DNA of 64,000 nucleotides from the human T2T-CHM13v2.0 reference genome, Homo sapiens, in the NCBI RefSeq assembly GCF_009914755.1, contig NC_060937.1. The stretch is one strand, 5' to 3'. The notes beneath the pieces are model-generated. The model saw only the letters and a list, made by a program, of their open reading frames with translations, made no database searches and was not told the DNA's origin. Positions 13,158 through 33,004 of the stretch are shown one piece after another. A program made the translations under genes and the position numbers. Numbering within the stretch: the stretch's first letter is position 1; every line of letters begins with the position of its first letter.

Positions 13158-14561
13158 TATAAACAGGATTTTCTTTAAGAGAAAAAAAAAACTCGGAAAA
13201 TTGCCATAAAACCCTCCCAATATAAGAATGTATATTAAGGCATTAAAAGTTACCCTTGGAAGTTGGGTTATAGTAATTTCTTTTTTCCTTTGAACTTTCT
13301 CCTCCCAAGTTTTCACAATGGGGAGGAAGAAAAGTAGGGAACTGAAGGAAGACCACATGCATGCTTAAAAAAATTTTCCAGGTATAATTACTTTTAGATT
13401 TTTCACAAACAGCATGAAAACCTAACCTAAAAACATGGGCCGAATCTTCTAAAAGGCATTTCAAAATAGCACTATGACATATTTTTTAAACAGGGACTTT
13501 CCTAAAATGACAAAGACTTCATCACTGGACCAGACACAAAATCCAGGACCTAAAATTGCAAAATTGAAATTCATAACCGTTAAACTTCCTTAACATTTTC
13601 CTCCCATGCATTAGCCTCTCCTTAGGGCTTCCATGATCTTTTGTGCACAGCTCTATCTGAATGCATGTATCACAGGGCACTATAATTCTTTATCAGTGTG
13701 CTGACCTCCCACGTAAAGAACTCCTTCATCCTTAGGGCAGGAATTGTGTTTTATTCTTTTTTTTATCTTAACCTTTGTTAGGCATTCAATAAATACTGAC
13801 CAAATAAATACAACTACATCGTTGCAATAAATAGAGTCAGACTTGCCATACCATTACATGCTCTACTTGGTATAATCTATCTTAGATCTTAACCTAGCAA
13901 GATGGCTTAGTAATTAAATTATTATAATTATAATACACATACACATATACATATCTAATACAGACCACTGGCCTGGATTCCTAAGGAGAGTATTATAAAA
14001 AAATTATTTTATACAATGTTAGTAAAAATATCTGTAAAAAAATTTAAAAATCAAATCCTAATTGTTCATCCTTTTTGAGCTCTATTCAATGTAACAGAGT
14101 TCAGGTATACAACAAAAGAAATCTTGGAGTTGTTGCTAAAGCAATGGCATATTTGCATGATAAAAATGGGCTCCTCTTCAAAGAAAGTAGTAGCAGGATT
14201 ATGAAAATAAGCAAACAAATGAGCAAACAGAAGTAATGTAGCTCCATGAAAAATTTTAATTGTAGCTTAAGACTGGCTAGAAAAGATTAAAAAACACCTA
14301 AAAATACAGTGCTATGAATTACTTTATAACTTTGAAATCAAAGCGTTTCTGGGAGGAGGGAAACCCTTTGAATTGAGTTTTGGAAGATGAGAACATTTCT
14401 GTGGATGGAAACTGGTGATGGCTGTACAACAATGTGACGTACTTAGTGCTACTGAACTGTACACCTTAAAATGGTTCAAATGTAAATTTTATGTTATATA
14501 TATTTGCCACAATTTTCAAAAAGTCAAAGGGTTTCCAAGGTCACATACAGACATGAATTAC

Positions 14562-14696
14562 CTGGTCTATATATTGTGTATGTTTGAAAAGCCAAGCTGA
14601 GATCAGCATTCTTAAGGATGTTCAACAAAGTGTCAGGGGTCTCTTTGAGCCACTGCTTACGAGTAGTATTTTTGCTGTACTTTATTACAGAACCAC
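14562..14696 (-). CDS. NEK3: NEK3 exon 14
   Basis: Encodes [45 protein letters not shown]; 135 nt, phase 1 to 1. Confidence 0.93.
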
Positions 14697-14948
14697 CTAG
14701 TTGCAAAAAGACAAAAATTAGTGCTGAATAAAAAAAGATTTTTCAGCATGTACTTTCCAGATCATATTTTCAAGCGAAGTTAGTTATATTTGACTGTTAA
14801 CTAAAATCTGCTTCATTCACCTGTATGAGCAATGCTCTGATGTGTGACGCCAAATACCCTTCACAGACATTAAAAGGCTCTAAGTGCACTAAGTAACTAT
14901 TAGAAAAAGTTCTCTAATAAAATAATAGTATTCAATCTGACTACTAAC

Positions 14949-15092
14949 CTCTATCGTCCTCTGCTGTTAAACTGGAGGTGAGTATGGATGCATTTTCCAA
15001 AGCTGTAAGAGCTGTATTGGGTACATTTTTCTCCCACTGTCGTCTATGAAGATTTGGTGAACTGGCTTTCCTCAGATGGACTGACTTATTAC
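14949..15092 (-). CDS. NEK3: NEK3 exon 13
   Basis: Encodes [48 protein letters not shown]; 144 nt, phase 1 to 1. Confidence 0.93.
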
Positions 15093-15632
15093 CTGATTTT
15101 AAAGTGTGAAAAAGGAATGCCAAGCATGTGAAATTATGTATCCATCTCTGTCCACACATAGACTCTAACAAATATGGAAGTGTTTCTTTTCTCTTTCATA
15201 TTCAGATCTATGTTTGAAAGATCAATGTTCTTTCTAATCTAAGTAGCAAAGGAAATTTAAAAAAAAATCCAAAATGAAAAATTAAAACGAACCATTACAG
15301 TGACTGAGTTAAAAAAATAATATGTATATAGTTACATATTCTATATTATACAAGAATGAAGCCCTGGGAGGACTTACATACACACAGTATGCTATGCTTT
15401 TTATGGTGGATAGCACAATAAATACTGCTCTTTCTAATGACTCTTACTGATAAATGCTATTCTCTCTTTTGTTGTAGGTAAATAAAATATTCCTAAAACA
15501 TTAAATAAGTTACTAGATAAGCAAACAAATATCAGCTTGTACTCTTGTTTATGATATCTGAGACCTAGTAACATAAAAATTGGTATTCCCCAACTCCTCA
15601 CCTAAGAAATGATTAGAATTTGAATAACTTAC

Positions 15633-15735
15633 CTTTTTCTTCTCTGTTTACTCTTCTCAATGCACTTTCAACTAAATTTTCATTAATGCTTTCCAAATCA
15701 GTATGGCTACCCTTTCTATCTTGTTCTTCCTCTTG
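15633..15735 (-). CDS. NEK3: NEK3 exon 12
   Basis: Encodes [34 protein letters not shown]; 103 nt, ttttaaAG acceptor and G|GTAAGT donor. Confidence 0.93.
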
Positions 15736-16861
15736 CTTTAAAAGAGATTAACAATACAGATTAAATAATGCTTGAATTGCCACAAAAAGGTAAACAAATA
15801 TGCAAAGTCAGCCATTTTAATTTCAAATAAAAATTAATGGATTAAAATACATGAATAATCATAGAACCCCAAGGACATGTATATTAATAGCCATATATAT
15901 CTATATGTATTTAATAACATATATATGTACATTAACCAAAAACCTACATACATGTATATATTAATAGACATACACATTAATAGCCATTAATATCAATTAT
16001 TATAAATATGAAGAGGATATATTAAAATGACAGCTATTTGGTAAGTCTTTACTAAGGAAAAGACTAATGAAAAATTTCAATATGGTTTGCCGTACTGGGC
16101 TTTACAAACTATAATATCAAAATGAGATATTTTATAAAGTTGCCATATAGAATCAAAATGTTCCCACTTAATTCAGTATCTTTCCAAATTATCTAAGCCC
16201 TTGATTTATTTCGTGAAATATAGTAATACACTATCTGGTTTACTAAATCTGCATATACTTTGAGAAGAAGTACATATTGAATGCCTAAACAGTCCCAGGC
16301 AAACAAATTCTCAAATATTTATTGAATGAATAAAGAAAGAGTAGGCTTGGGTGGCATGGCGGGTTTTCTTATTTCTAAGCAGTGGTTCTGAAACTTCTCT
16401 TCCCACACATGTAGGGAACATAAAAATCTGTCACTTAACAGTGGTAGCTCACTTACAGCAGAGATTTCAAAGCCTCCTACACTCAAGAATGACATCAGAA
16501 TCTTGGAGGAGTAGTGGTGAGGGGCAGCTGTGAAAAGCCCCCCAGGGGATTCCAGTCTTTCCTTCCCATTGAGGATCACTGCTTTCTGTGTCTGCAGCAG
16601 CCTCCCACATTCCTCTGGGCGCTATTCAACTCTGCCTTCATTGCCATCGTCCTTTGCTGGCCTGCACACAAGTTTTCCTACCTCAAGTCCTCCATTCCCT
16701 GACTGACTTTTTGGCCTTTTCTCCATTTTGTTTACATGTTGCACCCTTTTCATTTTGCGAACACATATTGCTGTGTTCACTACAGGTGGTATCAAACTAT
16801 AGCGTGTGGGCACAGATCATCTGCAAAGGGCACAAGGAAACATTTTAGGGGATGGAAATTC

Positions 16862-17790
<929 letters not shown>

Positions 17791-18049
17791 GACTGAAATA
17801 CTGAAAAAAACATCAATAGTACACAATTTGCTAAGGGGGGTGTGACAACACTGAAACATGGATCGGCTGTTAATATCCACAGCTTTAGGGAAGCTTCAGT
17901 GTAAAAGAATGTCACAGTTGCCCAGGGCTAGATGAACAGGACCCCGAATGCCAGCCTGAAAATTGATTCTTGGGATAACAAGGAGGTGCTACAAAGCATT
18001 GAACAGAAAAATGTTAAGATCTAAATAGTAATCTAAATGTTACTCAGCT

Positions 18050-19485
<1,436 letters not shown>

Positions 19486-19633
19486 CTAAAGTGGCTCAGC
19501 TGACAGTGCAGATGAACAGCTACCAGTTATTTCCCATGCCAAAAAATGAAGGAAGAAGTACTTAACTAGAGGGACCAGGTCACAGTCTTCCAAATATCTT
19601 ATGGCACTTAAGGGTAACCCGGTATCCAGGAGG

Positions 19634-19825
19634 TAGATATTTCATAAACGTATTTTTTTTCTTTTGAGATGAAGTCTCGCTCTTGTCGCCCAGGCTGGAG
19701 TGCAATGGCGCAATCTAGGCTCACTGCAACCTCCGCCTCCAGGTTCACTTGATTCTCCTGCCTCAACCTCCCGAGTAGCTGGGATTACAGGCTTGCACCA
19801 CCACGCCCGGCCACCGCGCCCGGCC
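19634..19825 (-). mobile_element. Internally deleted Alu (most of the left arm missing)
   Basis: The right arm joins directly to the Alu 5' end at caccacgcccgg|ccaccgcgcccggcc. Confidence 0.85.
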
Positions 19826-19852
19826 TCATAAAAGTAATTTTAAAGCACTTAC

Positions 19853-19902
19853 CACTGTGCTTGCTTCATTTCCCAAAGCTATCCTGATTCTGCTGGGGTT
19901 TG
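19853..19902 (-). CDS. NEK3: NEK3 exon 11 (50-nt cassette; out of frame on this haplotype)
   Basis: Reads (T)NPSRIRIALGNEASTV only if entered in phase 1. Acceptor ttttaaaAG, donor GTG|GTAAGT. Confidence 0.9.
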
Positions 19903-20590
19903 CTTTTAAAAGAGAGAGAGAAGGTAGAAAGATAAAACACATAAAGGATCATCCTATTAAGTTCCTAATATGATTTTCATACAGCTGGAGAAGTGAGTGA
20001 GGTTATTAAAGTCAAAGAGCCAAAGCTCTCTGATATCCTGAATGGGAATAACAAGCTTTAATCACCTAATAATACATCTCAGTTATTGAAAGAGGCTATT
20101 TCCACTGTTTCATTCCTAAAGTTAAAATCCAAAAGTTAAAAGACATCTCTATTCACTTATGCCAACCCATTTAAGCACTAAGAGGTAACATACTCTGCAT
20201 ACTTAAGGTTATTTTCCCCTTTGGTGCATGCTAGCTAGTGGAGTCCGTGCTTTTCCTGTTAGCTATCACAGCTGGTGGAATAAGTATCCCTAAAAAGAAG
20301 TGAGCTGTTTATTAACTCAGAAGAGACCAGCAGGAGGAGTCAGGAGAGAACCCTGGCAATTGATCCCTTTGGTAGGAATGGCTATGCCTCATAGTGGTTC
20401 ATGTCCCTTATTCATTCAACGTTTTAAAAAATTGCTATTGAACATGGATGATGATGCACTGAGAATACAAGAGTGAGCAAATCAGATGCAATCCCTGCCC
20501 TGTTCCATTTCATTATTCTGGTCTGTCTACAGATTAAACTGGAGATGCCATCAGACATATGGTCCCAGTCTGGTGGCATTTCTCTAACTA

Positions 20591-23290
<2,700 letters not shown>

Positions 23291-23521
23291 TTATATATGT
23301 CTAAAAAAGGTCTGGAAGGATATACAAACTGTGATTATACTTGGGGAATAGCATTGTGGGCGGGAAGAGGAAGGAAACGAAGTTTTAACTTTTTATTTTT
23401 TAATATACTTCTGTATCATTTGGATTTTGATGAGCACATGTAATGTATAATGTTAAAAGATAACAAACCATTTTACCATACACTTGAAAACTGTTCACAA
23501 CCAATCCAACACAGATCATAC

Positions 23522-23722
23522 CTCGGGGGGTAAGCACTTCTGGACAAGCCGAGCTACGATGCCTCGAGAGAGAAGCGTTGTAGCCGAGGGGCGATGTGAG
23601 GGATTCCTTTTAAACATCTGCTTGACTAGGAACTGAAGTTCATAGGAGTAATGAGACGGCAGTGGACTGATGCACCCTTGACATACTTTGAGGATAAGAT
23701 TTTTCCAACTATTTGCCTGAAA
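23522..23722 (-). CDS. NEK3: NEK3 exon 9 (kinase subdomains X-XI)
   Basis: Encodes [16 protein letters not shown]...[14 protein letters not shown]...CLPPE; 201 nt, phase 0 to 0. Confidence 0.95.
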
Positions 23723-24084
23723 CTGAAAAGGAAAATTGAACTTTACAAGCAGATACAGGGGAAGAAATGGAAGCAAGAAACTACCAGTTATGTAAATTAT
23801 TCTAATTTTATAAACATATCTGCTGTCTGGTCATTTTTCTTTCTAGAGGTGTCCTTAAGATACCATTATATAATCTTAAGGTGGCTTAGGAGAAAGTTAA
23901 ACATGAATGATAAAAAGCTTCCCCATCTAGAAAAAGTATTTCCATCAATGCCTGCTGTGACTACCTTATTAGTCCTAATGTTTTTTGCAGATATACATTA
24001 TTAATATATATTGAAAATCAAAGTAATATATACACATGGCCTTTTAAAACATCAACTGATACTAAAGGTTTATAATAAGTGTAA

Positions 24085-24483
<399 letters not shown>

Positions 24484-26029
24484 TAACCATTCCTGTCATT
24501 AAAGCAGCTATGAAAATTTGATGAGTAACACCGTGGGATATACAATGACAGACTGGAGTAACATTTTTAAAGTTTTCCATGTATAATAAATATATCAGAA
24601 CTAACATTAGATGTCAGCCTTGGTAATGCTTATGAAAGAATGTGTTAGCATTCTACCTTGAAAGTGTATTGCCCTAATACCTACATGAGGGGTTGGTAGG
24701 TGCAGCAAATCACCATGGCACCCATTTACCTATGTAACAAAGCTGCGTACTCTGAACATGTACCCCAGAACTTAAAATAAAAATTTTAAATAAGATATTT
24801 TATTAATTCATTGCTAGTTACGTTTGAAAATGTTTTCTGCTGATCTGCATATTATGTTTTTATTTATGGTATCTTTTGCTATGCAAAATTTAAAATTTAG
24901 TATAGTCAAATTTATTCATCATTTTTCCTTAATAATTTCTGCTTGTCGAATCTTGCTTAAGAAATGATTCTACACCTCAAGGCTATGATAGATGTTAATT
25001 ACAGTGTGGGGTATATAGAAGCTTTTTGTATTATCTTTGTAATTTTTCTGTAAATCTAAAACTGTTTTAAAATTTAAAAGAAGTTTATTTTTTAAAAAGT
25101 GTATTGTCCTATGAATATAAAATGTAAGTGAATATATGAAAAAGAAAAATCAACACATAACAAAGGACAGATTGTGATAATGACAAATACTACTGAATCT
25201 GCTTTGCCTCTGGCTTTTTAACCATTACACCAACTATCTGTGTTTCCTAAAGGTTTGAGAACAACTTTTGTCTTCGAGCAGACAAGGGATGACAGATCTC
25301 ATGCCAAATATTCAGGGCACTATAGTCCTTAATACTCATTCTTGCTGGAAAAAAGAAGAACGTATACATGTAAATTATGAAAAAGATACATCAGGAAGTA
25401 AAGAATTGTAAGATGTTGGAATTTTAAAAATAATTTTATTTGTAGACTATGGTGGTTCTCAACTTGGGCTGTACATTGTAATCACCTGTTTTAAAAACAT
25501 TAATGCCCAGGACATTTTCAGAGATTTTAATTCAATCACTGTGCTGTGGGCCTAGGCATCAGCATTTTAAAGGTTCCCCAAGTTGTTCTAACTGTGTAGC
25601 TATCATTATAAACCACTTATATTCAAGGAAGATAACCTCTCATTAATACCAGGTGTCTTCAGTTTGAGCTACTTTCATCTGGTAGTGGTGAAGATTGTTT
25701 CTCAACCATTCACCCTCTCCTGAGCTCTATGTGCCCTCAAGTACATCTGTAAAAAAGCTAACCTTCAGCCTGTGCCCAAAGAACAGAATTTATTTCTATG
25801 CAAAGCTAAGAACTAATAGGAATTGGCCCTGCAGTTGTTGTTCTATATAATAAACAATGGCTGAACAAGCGGGACAAGTTATTTAACCTTTTTTTGTTCA
25901 TATTTTTAAAAATATCTTGAAAAAACACATTATAGGGCAAAGTCTATGTTTTCATGATGTTTCAGTTAGAGAGGAAACTCATATAAGTGAAATCTAACTG
26001 CAAAAAGCTGAGGAAAAAAATGACGCGGC

Positions 26030-26990
<961 letters not shown>

Positions 26991-27245
26991 AAAAGAAAGA
27001 AAAGAGGAAAAGAGAAAGAAAGAGAGAGAAAGGTTATGTATTGCACAGCCAAACTGAATAATGGAAATTTCCTATTAGTATATGCTACAAAACTAACTCA
27101 GGGCAGATGACTGCACTGGAAACATATACAAACTTTTATAATGACTTCATCCTAGGGAAGCAAACTGCCAACTAGAATCTGTCACATTATTAGGGCTCAG
27201 CTAGATATGACAAGCTGCCTTTTCCATTTTGCACGCCATACTTAC

Positions 27246-27300
27246 TGGATGCTTAAGGGTACAGAGTTCATACAGGATGCAACCCAAGGACCAGATGTCA
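27246..27300 (-). CDS. NEK3: NEK3 exon 8 (subdomain IX)
   Basis: Encodes [19 protein letters not shown]; 55 nt, ctttcAG acceptor and GTAAGT donor. Confidence 0.95.
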
Positions 27301-27730
27301 CTGAAAGCATAAAGAAGCAATGTAATCACAAGCAGGTTACGTATTTTCTAGTACAAAAAATAATTTCTTACCTTTAATAAGAATAGATATCACAAGTAAT
27401 TCCTAGGTATTAAAACATATAATGTTGGTCTAACACCTAGATACTTCCTAAGAGTAGTGTTCACAATAAAACTCTCTGCTTTTCAATCCCCACCCCCTTC
27501 AAATTGGGGCAGTTGAGATATCACTTCAGTAGCATTTGGGAATTCAGTAGCAAGAGGGAATATTTGCGGACTCAGATGATCACAGCTGGAAGAAGGACTC
27601 TGGAAGGCATCCAGTGTAGTTTCTATTCCGACCACCCTGGACACAGCACCCAGCCTTTGATCACATCTCCTGCTGGCAGCTCTCTACTTCCCACACAGTC
27701 TGCTGGATGGCTCTAAGGGATAGGGTTCTT

Positions 27731-28715
27731 CCTTTTCTTTGAGATGGAGTCTTGCTCTGTTGCCCAGGCTGTAGTGCAGCCTCACAATCTCGGCTCACTG
27801 CAAGCTCTGCCTCCCGGATTCACACCATTCTCCTGCCTCAGCCTCCAGAGTAGCTGGGACTACAGGCGCCCGCCACCACGCCCAGCTAATTTTTTTTTTT
27901 GTATTTGTTTTAGTAGAGACAGGGTTTCACCGTGTTAGCCAGGATGGTCTCAATCTCCTGACCTCGTGATCCGCGCGCCTCAGCCTCCCAAAGTGCTGGG
28001 ATTACAGGTGTGAGCCACCGCGCCCAGCCCACCTTTTCTTTTTTTTAAGGGATGGGGTCTCACTGTGTTGCCTAGGCTGGAGTGCAGTGGCTATTCACAG
28101 GCATGATGTCACTGTACTGCTGCCTTGAACTCCTGGGCTCAAGCAATCCTCCTGCCTCAGCCTCCCAGGTAGTTGGGACTACAAGCACACACCACCAGGC
28201 CCAGCTCCTCCAGACTTTTCTAAATGATATTCTTTTTTATTTTAATTAATGGTTTTTACCAACTATTTCCCCGTTTAGTTTTTTTAAATTTCAAATCTAC
28301 AGAAAAGTTGCAATGTCCACATGCCCTTATCTAGGTCCCCCAATCATTCTCATTGGCCATGTTTGCGTGCTAATCTCCCTCCTCTATATCTATCTGAATC
28401 TCCTGAAAAAAGGTTGCCCGCCGGGCATGGTGGTTCACACCTGTAATCCCAGCACTTTGGGAGGCCGAGCCGGGCAGATCACAAGGTCAGGAGTTTGAGA
28501 CCAGCCTGGCCAATATGGTGAAACCCCATCTCTACTAAAAAATACAAAAATTAGCTGGGTGTGGCGGCGGGCGCCTGTAGTCCCAGCTACTCAGGAAGCT
28601 GAGGCAGGAGAATCACTTGAACTCGTGAGGCAGAGATTGCAGTGAGCCAAGATTGTGCCATTGCACTCAAGCCTGAGCAACAGAGTGAGACTCTGTCTCA
28701 AAAAAAAAAAAAAAA
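27731..28715. mobile_element. AluY-like (-) plus Alu monomer (-), 27731-28205; Alu (+), 28420-28715
   Basis: Alu consensus blocks. Confidence 0.85.
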
Positions 28716-29976
28716 GGTTGCAGATATTGAACACTTCATCCCTACATACATCAGCATGTATCTCCTAAGAACGAAGACCTACACTTTCCCTCATAAACAC
28801 AATACTGTTATCACATCCAAGGAATTTAATCTCAATTCGGTAACATTATTTAAAATTTACTGCATACCCAAATTTCCCCAATTGTCCCAATAAGTCCCTG
28901 TAGAGCTGTTTTGTCCCCATTCAGTCAATTCTACTCTTAAAATAACCTATTTAGTATAGATTGTCATACCCTTTTCAGAAAGCAAGTCAGCAAAAAGTAA
29001 CAACAGCCTTTAGGTGTTTCTCCTCCTAGGAATCCATGCCAAGAATGTCACATAAAACAAGGACAAATTTAGACAAAAGGTATGTTAATTACAGCACTGT
29101 TTATGAGACTGAAATGTGGAAATATAAGGCCAACAACAGAGGGATTACTAAGTAAATTTTGGAAGCGCCATATAGTAAAATATATGTAGCCATTAGAAAA
29201 TTTATGAAGAGTTTAAGTATGTGGGGAAATGACTATAATATAAAACGACTAAAGTAAATTATATATAAAATATATCAACCAGTTTTAGGGGGAAAAGTAA
29301 ATGAAGAAAAAAACATCAAAATGTTATTGGCAGTTAAGAAAAGTGGGTGATTTCCATGTCCTTTCTTACAGGTCTATTTCCAATCTTCCCTGCACATCCA
29401 TCCCCACAATTGGCACATATAACTTATATTCAGAAAAAATACTGCATTTTAAATCATTAAGATCTTCATATTAACCTCCTGCAATCAACTTACCTTATAA
29501 TCTAGCCCTATAAATACCAACTCAATGACACAATCTATTCATTCTCAAATGTTGCTGTACATTGGAATCACCCAGTGATCTTAAAAAATTACTGATGCCT
29601 GCTTCTCACCCTTTGCCATTTTGATTTAATTAGTGTAGACGCAACCTGGGATTTGGGATTTTTATAAGTGGGAGCAACAGTTTGGGAACCACTGATATAA
29701 TTCATACCGTCCCTAGAAATGACTAGCCTTTCTTTCAGCATTTGCTCCTCTCAGCTATAATTAATAGCAATTGGAAAACTATTACTTTTATCTAGCAGCC
29801 TAGCAATATAGATTAGCAATATAGATTCCAGATATATTTCTGCTTTCAGATATATTTCTTAGAAACCAATATGATTCATGCATCTGTTTTGAAGTGACGT
29901 CAGACTCTAGCATCATTTGCAGGCTAAAATGCCTGTCACCAAATGGGCACCCTGACATCAAATATGCAGCACTCAC

Positions 29977-30063
29977 CTTTTATTGTTATAAGGCAGGTTT
30001 TCCCAAATTTCTGGAGGCACATAATAAGGAGTTCCCACATAGGTACAAGCAAATGCCATCGGA
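29977..30063 (-). CDS. NEK3: NEK3 exon 7 (activation loop)
   Basis: Encodes [29 protein letters not shown]; 87 nt, donor AG|GTGAGT. Confidence 0.95.
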
Positions 30064-30155
30064 CTAAAACCATAAAAAGGCAACGAATGATTACAGAACA
30101 TTCCTGAAAATTGATGTTTTGATTACTGTCACTACCGTAGAACAGACATACATAC

Positions 30156-30223
30156 TTGGAGAGAAGACGGGCAGATCCAAAGTCTCCCAATTTCACTTTT
30201 CCATTCTGAGTGAGGAAGATATT
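30156..30223 (-). CDS. NEK3: NEK3 exon 6 (DFG motif)
   Basis: Encodes [22 protein letters not shown]; 68 nt. Confidence 0.95.
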
Positions 30224-30592
30224 CTGCATTTAAAAAGAAAAGCTCAGATTATGTCTTCTATCATCAAACATGAGGCAGATAAGCTGTCTTCCAAAGCCTG
30301 CTGATGATGGAGATTAAGGCTAGAAATGCTGACAGCTGAGTCCCAGAGTGGAACACAAAACACCAAGATCCCCTCTTGATCGCTAGACATTCCCCTGCAT
30401 GGAAACTCAGGATGAGTGCTTCAAAATCTAACAAGCAAGTTTTAGGTTGTATCAGCAGACGCAATCGACCCAGTGAGAACCTGTGTCAGGGTGATGCCAC
30501 ATGGCAGGCCCAGGTGTCAACCGTTTTCCATCTGAGAACACATGGACTTAGTAAGTGGTCACTAAAAGAGAGCTAGGACACATTAATATACA

Positions 30593-30929
30593 CAGTCACA
30601 TGCTGCATAACCACATTTCAGTCAACAATGGATGGCATATACGACAATGGTCCCAGAAGACTATAATACCATATTTTTACTGTACGTTTTCTATGTTTAA
30701 ATATACAACTACTTACCATTGTATTCCAATTGCCTAAGAAATTCAGTACAGTAACACGCTGTACCAGTTTGTAGCCTAGAAGCAACAGGCTACACTATAT
30801 AGCCTAGGTGTGTAATAGGCTATAACATCTAGGTTTGTGTAAGCACACTCTACGATGCTCACACAACAAAATCACCTTACAATGCATTTCTGAGTACTTA
30901 TCCCCCTGTCGTTAAGCGATGCATGACTG
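30593..30929. mobile_element. Tigger-family (TcMar) non-autonomous DNA transposon, Tigger3-like
   Basis: Terminal inverted repeats cagtcacatgctgcataac / gttaagcgatgcatgactg followed by TA. Confidence 0.75.
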
Positions 30930-31439
30930 TACTACTACAGAGATTTCAATGACTTTTTCTCAGGTGTTACCTTATTTGGTTTGTATAAATATTAAGTCAA
31001 AGGGTACAAAGTTTCAGTTATGACAAGTAAGTTCCAGTGATCTGTTGTACAACATGGTGACTATAGTTAATAATAATGCATAGAATACTTAATAATGCAT
31101 AGAATACTTAAAAAGTGCTGAGAGTAGATCTTAAATGTCCTCACCACAAAGAAATAATAAGTACGTGAGGCAACAGATATGTTAATTACCTTGATTTAAT
31201 CATTTTACAGTGTGTGTGTATATATATATAACACGTTGTACGTCATAAACATACATAATTTTTGTCAATTATATTTTAAGAAAGGTGGGGGAATTTAAAT
31301 TTGAAAAGTAAATAACAAATATTAGGCTGACAAATATTTCTAAACTAAACAAAACTGTCCCAAAATGCATGGCATAACACAGTAAAATGACTGAATTAAG
31401 GACTTTTTTTTTTTAAGTCCAAAAATGTACTCCACTCAC

Positions 31440-31523
31440 CTTGGACTTGATATCTCTGTGTAGCACACGTTTCTTGTGAATGTGATTTACTCCAAGGCAC
31501 ATTTGGGTAAACCAATTAAGTAT
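31440..31523 (-). CDS. NEK3: NEK3 exon 5 (HRD motif)
   Basis: Encodes [28 protein letters not shown]; 84 nt, ttacAG acceptor and GTGAGT donor. Confidence 0.95.
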
Positions 31524-32725
31524 CTGTAAGAAAAAGGTATGCAAAATCTTCAAGAATGCAGTAACTGGCTCATGTTAACCTACAATTCCAAAGAATCATC
31601 TCTAGGCCTTAGTCAACCGGGATTTTACGTAATGTGAGTACAGAACTCCTATAAATTACATAGTTCAACTAAGATTCAGTGTTACTTGGAGAAATTCAGA
31701 AAAGCTGTGACTCCCATATTCCATCATCTTATGCATGATCCAAATAGCAATTTATTTTAGTAAAACTTCTACTTATATTATTCTTATATTCAACCAAATA
31801 AAAGTATTTCTTAAATGCTTATATAAAGAGAGTTCACCACTAAGAAATACACTACAGCTTTTCTAGTGTAATCATTATGTTGGATTTTCATTTAATTCTG
31901 CAGAATATCCATACGGTAACATCAAAAGATTTCATTATATCATAAATAATCCTTTGAGGTCAATAGTTCCTGCTTATAAGTCCAAGGTCAACAGTACCCT
32001 GAATTTCTAGGTGTCTTGGGGGCCTACAGTTAAATGTCAAACTAATTTTTTTTTTCCCTCTTGCTACGGAGATTCTTCCAGTTGAAGCCAAGGTTGACTT
32101 CCTTCTACGGAACCCACATTTTTAACAATATAGTTTCTAAATGAATAATATTTATTTACATACTTTCATAACATGCTATAACCTAGATCAAACTAAGCCT
32201 CATTGGAGCAATTTAAATATTTTCCATAGCCAATTCATTAAAAAATATTTAGTATGCAATTTTCCACTAAAAAGGCAGCAAGTCTTAGACTGAAGGGACC
32301 ACTTCAAGCTTTAGGAGGAAAAAGATTGAGAATAGGTACTCCCAAGAAACAGAAATGGCAAGCTTCATTCTTCTGATGTTTTAGTAATACAAAATAAAAT
32401 AGACCTCTCTTCTAAAATTTCAGTACGATAAAAACCAAGATTTTAAATATCTAGTACAAAATTTGGTGATACGATCTTGAAATTATTCTAAACATGAAAG
32501 TTTTATTTCATAATAATTTATAACCTATAGATTTTACTTCCTAAAACCATTTCAGGCAGCCATATCCTGAGGACACTAAGTGGTAACACCAATTCAGAAA
32601 TCAGTCATTTCTATCTACCTTCTCGGGTAATTACAGATATCAATGCTTTTATTTTAACTTATATAAAGTTTATGAGAAAAGTGGCTTCTAAACCTTGAGA
32701 GAAACTATGTAAGTCAATCTCTTAC

Positions 32726-32823
32726 CATGTCTTCAGGAAATAACTTTCCTTTCTGCTGTTTAATCTTTTGCATTAGATCCCCTCCATCACAGTATTCCAT
32801 CACAATATACAAGTGTCCTTCAG
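32726..32823 (-). CDS. NEK3: NEK3 exon 4
   Basis: Encodes [33 protein letters not shown]; 98 nt. Confidence 0.95.
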
Positions 32824-32910
32824 CTAAAACAGATATAAGCTCTTTAGAAAAGCTGTAGTGGCTATAAATCAAATTCAGAAATGCACATATCTGGGGGAAT
32901 TCGTATTTAC

Positions 32911-33004
32911 CTTCAAATGATTCTTTGAAGGCAACAATATTAGGGTGTTTCATTTTGGCTAAAAGAACAGCCTCCTTCCTAGAATTCTGTGTATTAGAGA
33001 AAGA
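32911..33004 (-). CDS. NEK3: NEK3 exon 3
   Basis: Encodes [31 protein letters not shown]; 94 nt. Confidence 0.95.

Noticed and set aside
15875-16000. AT-rich repeats of catgtatat(a)ttaatag, superficially array-like
   Set aside because: Low-complexity degenerate (TA/CA) sequence with no regular repeat-spacer structure; not CRISPR-like, and the context is eukaryotic.
29936-30229. 97-aa ORF reading through NEK3 intron 6
   Set aside because: The 92-nt intron shifts the frame, so the ORF leaves the kinase frame; it is not a separate gene.
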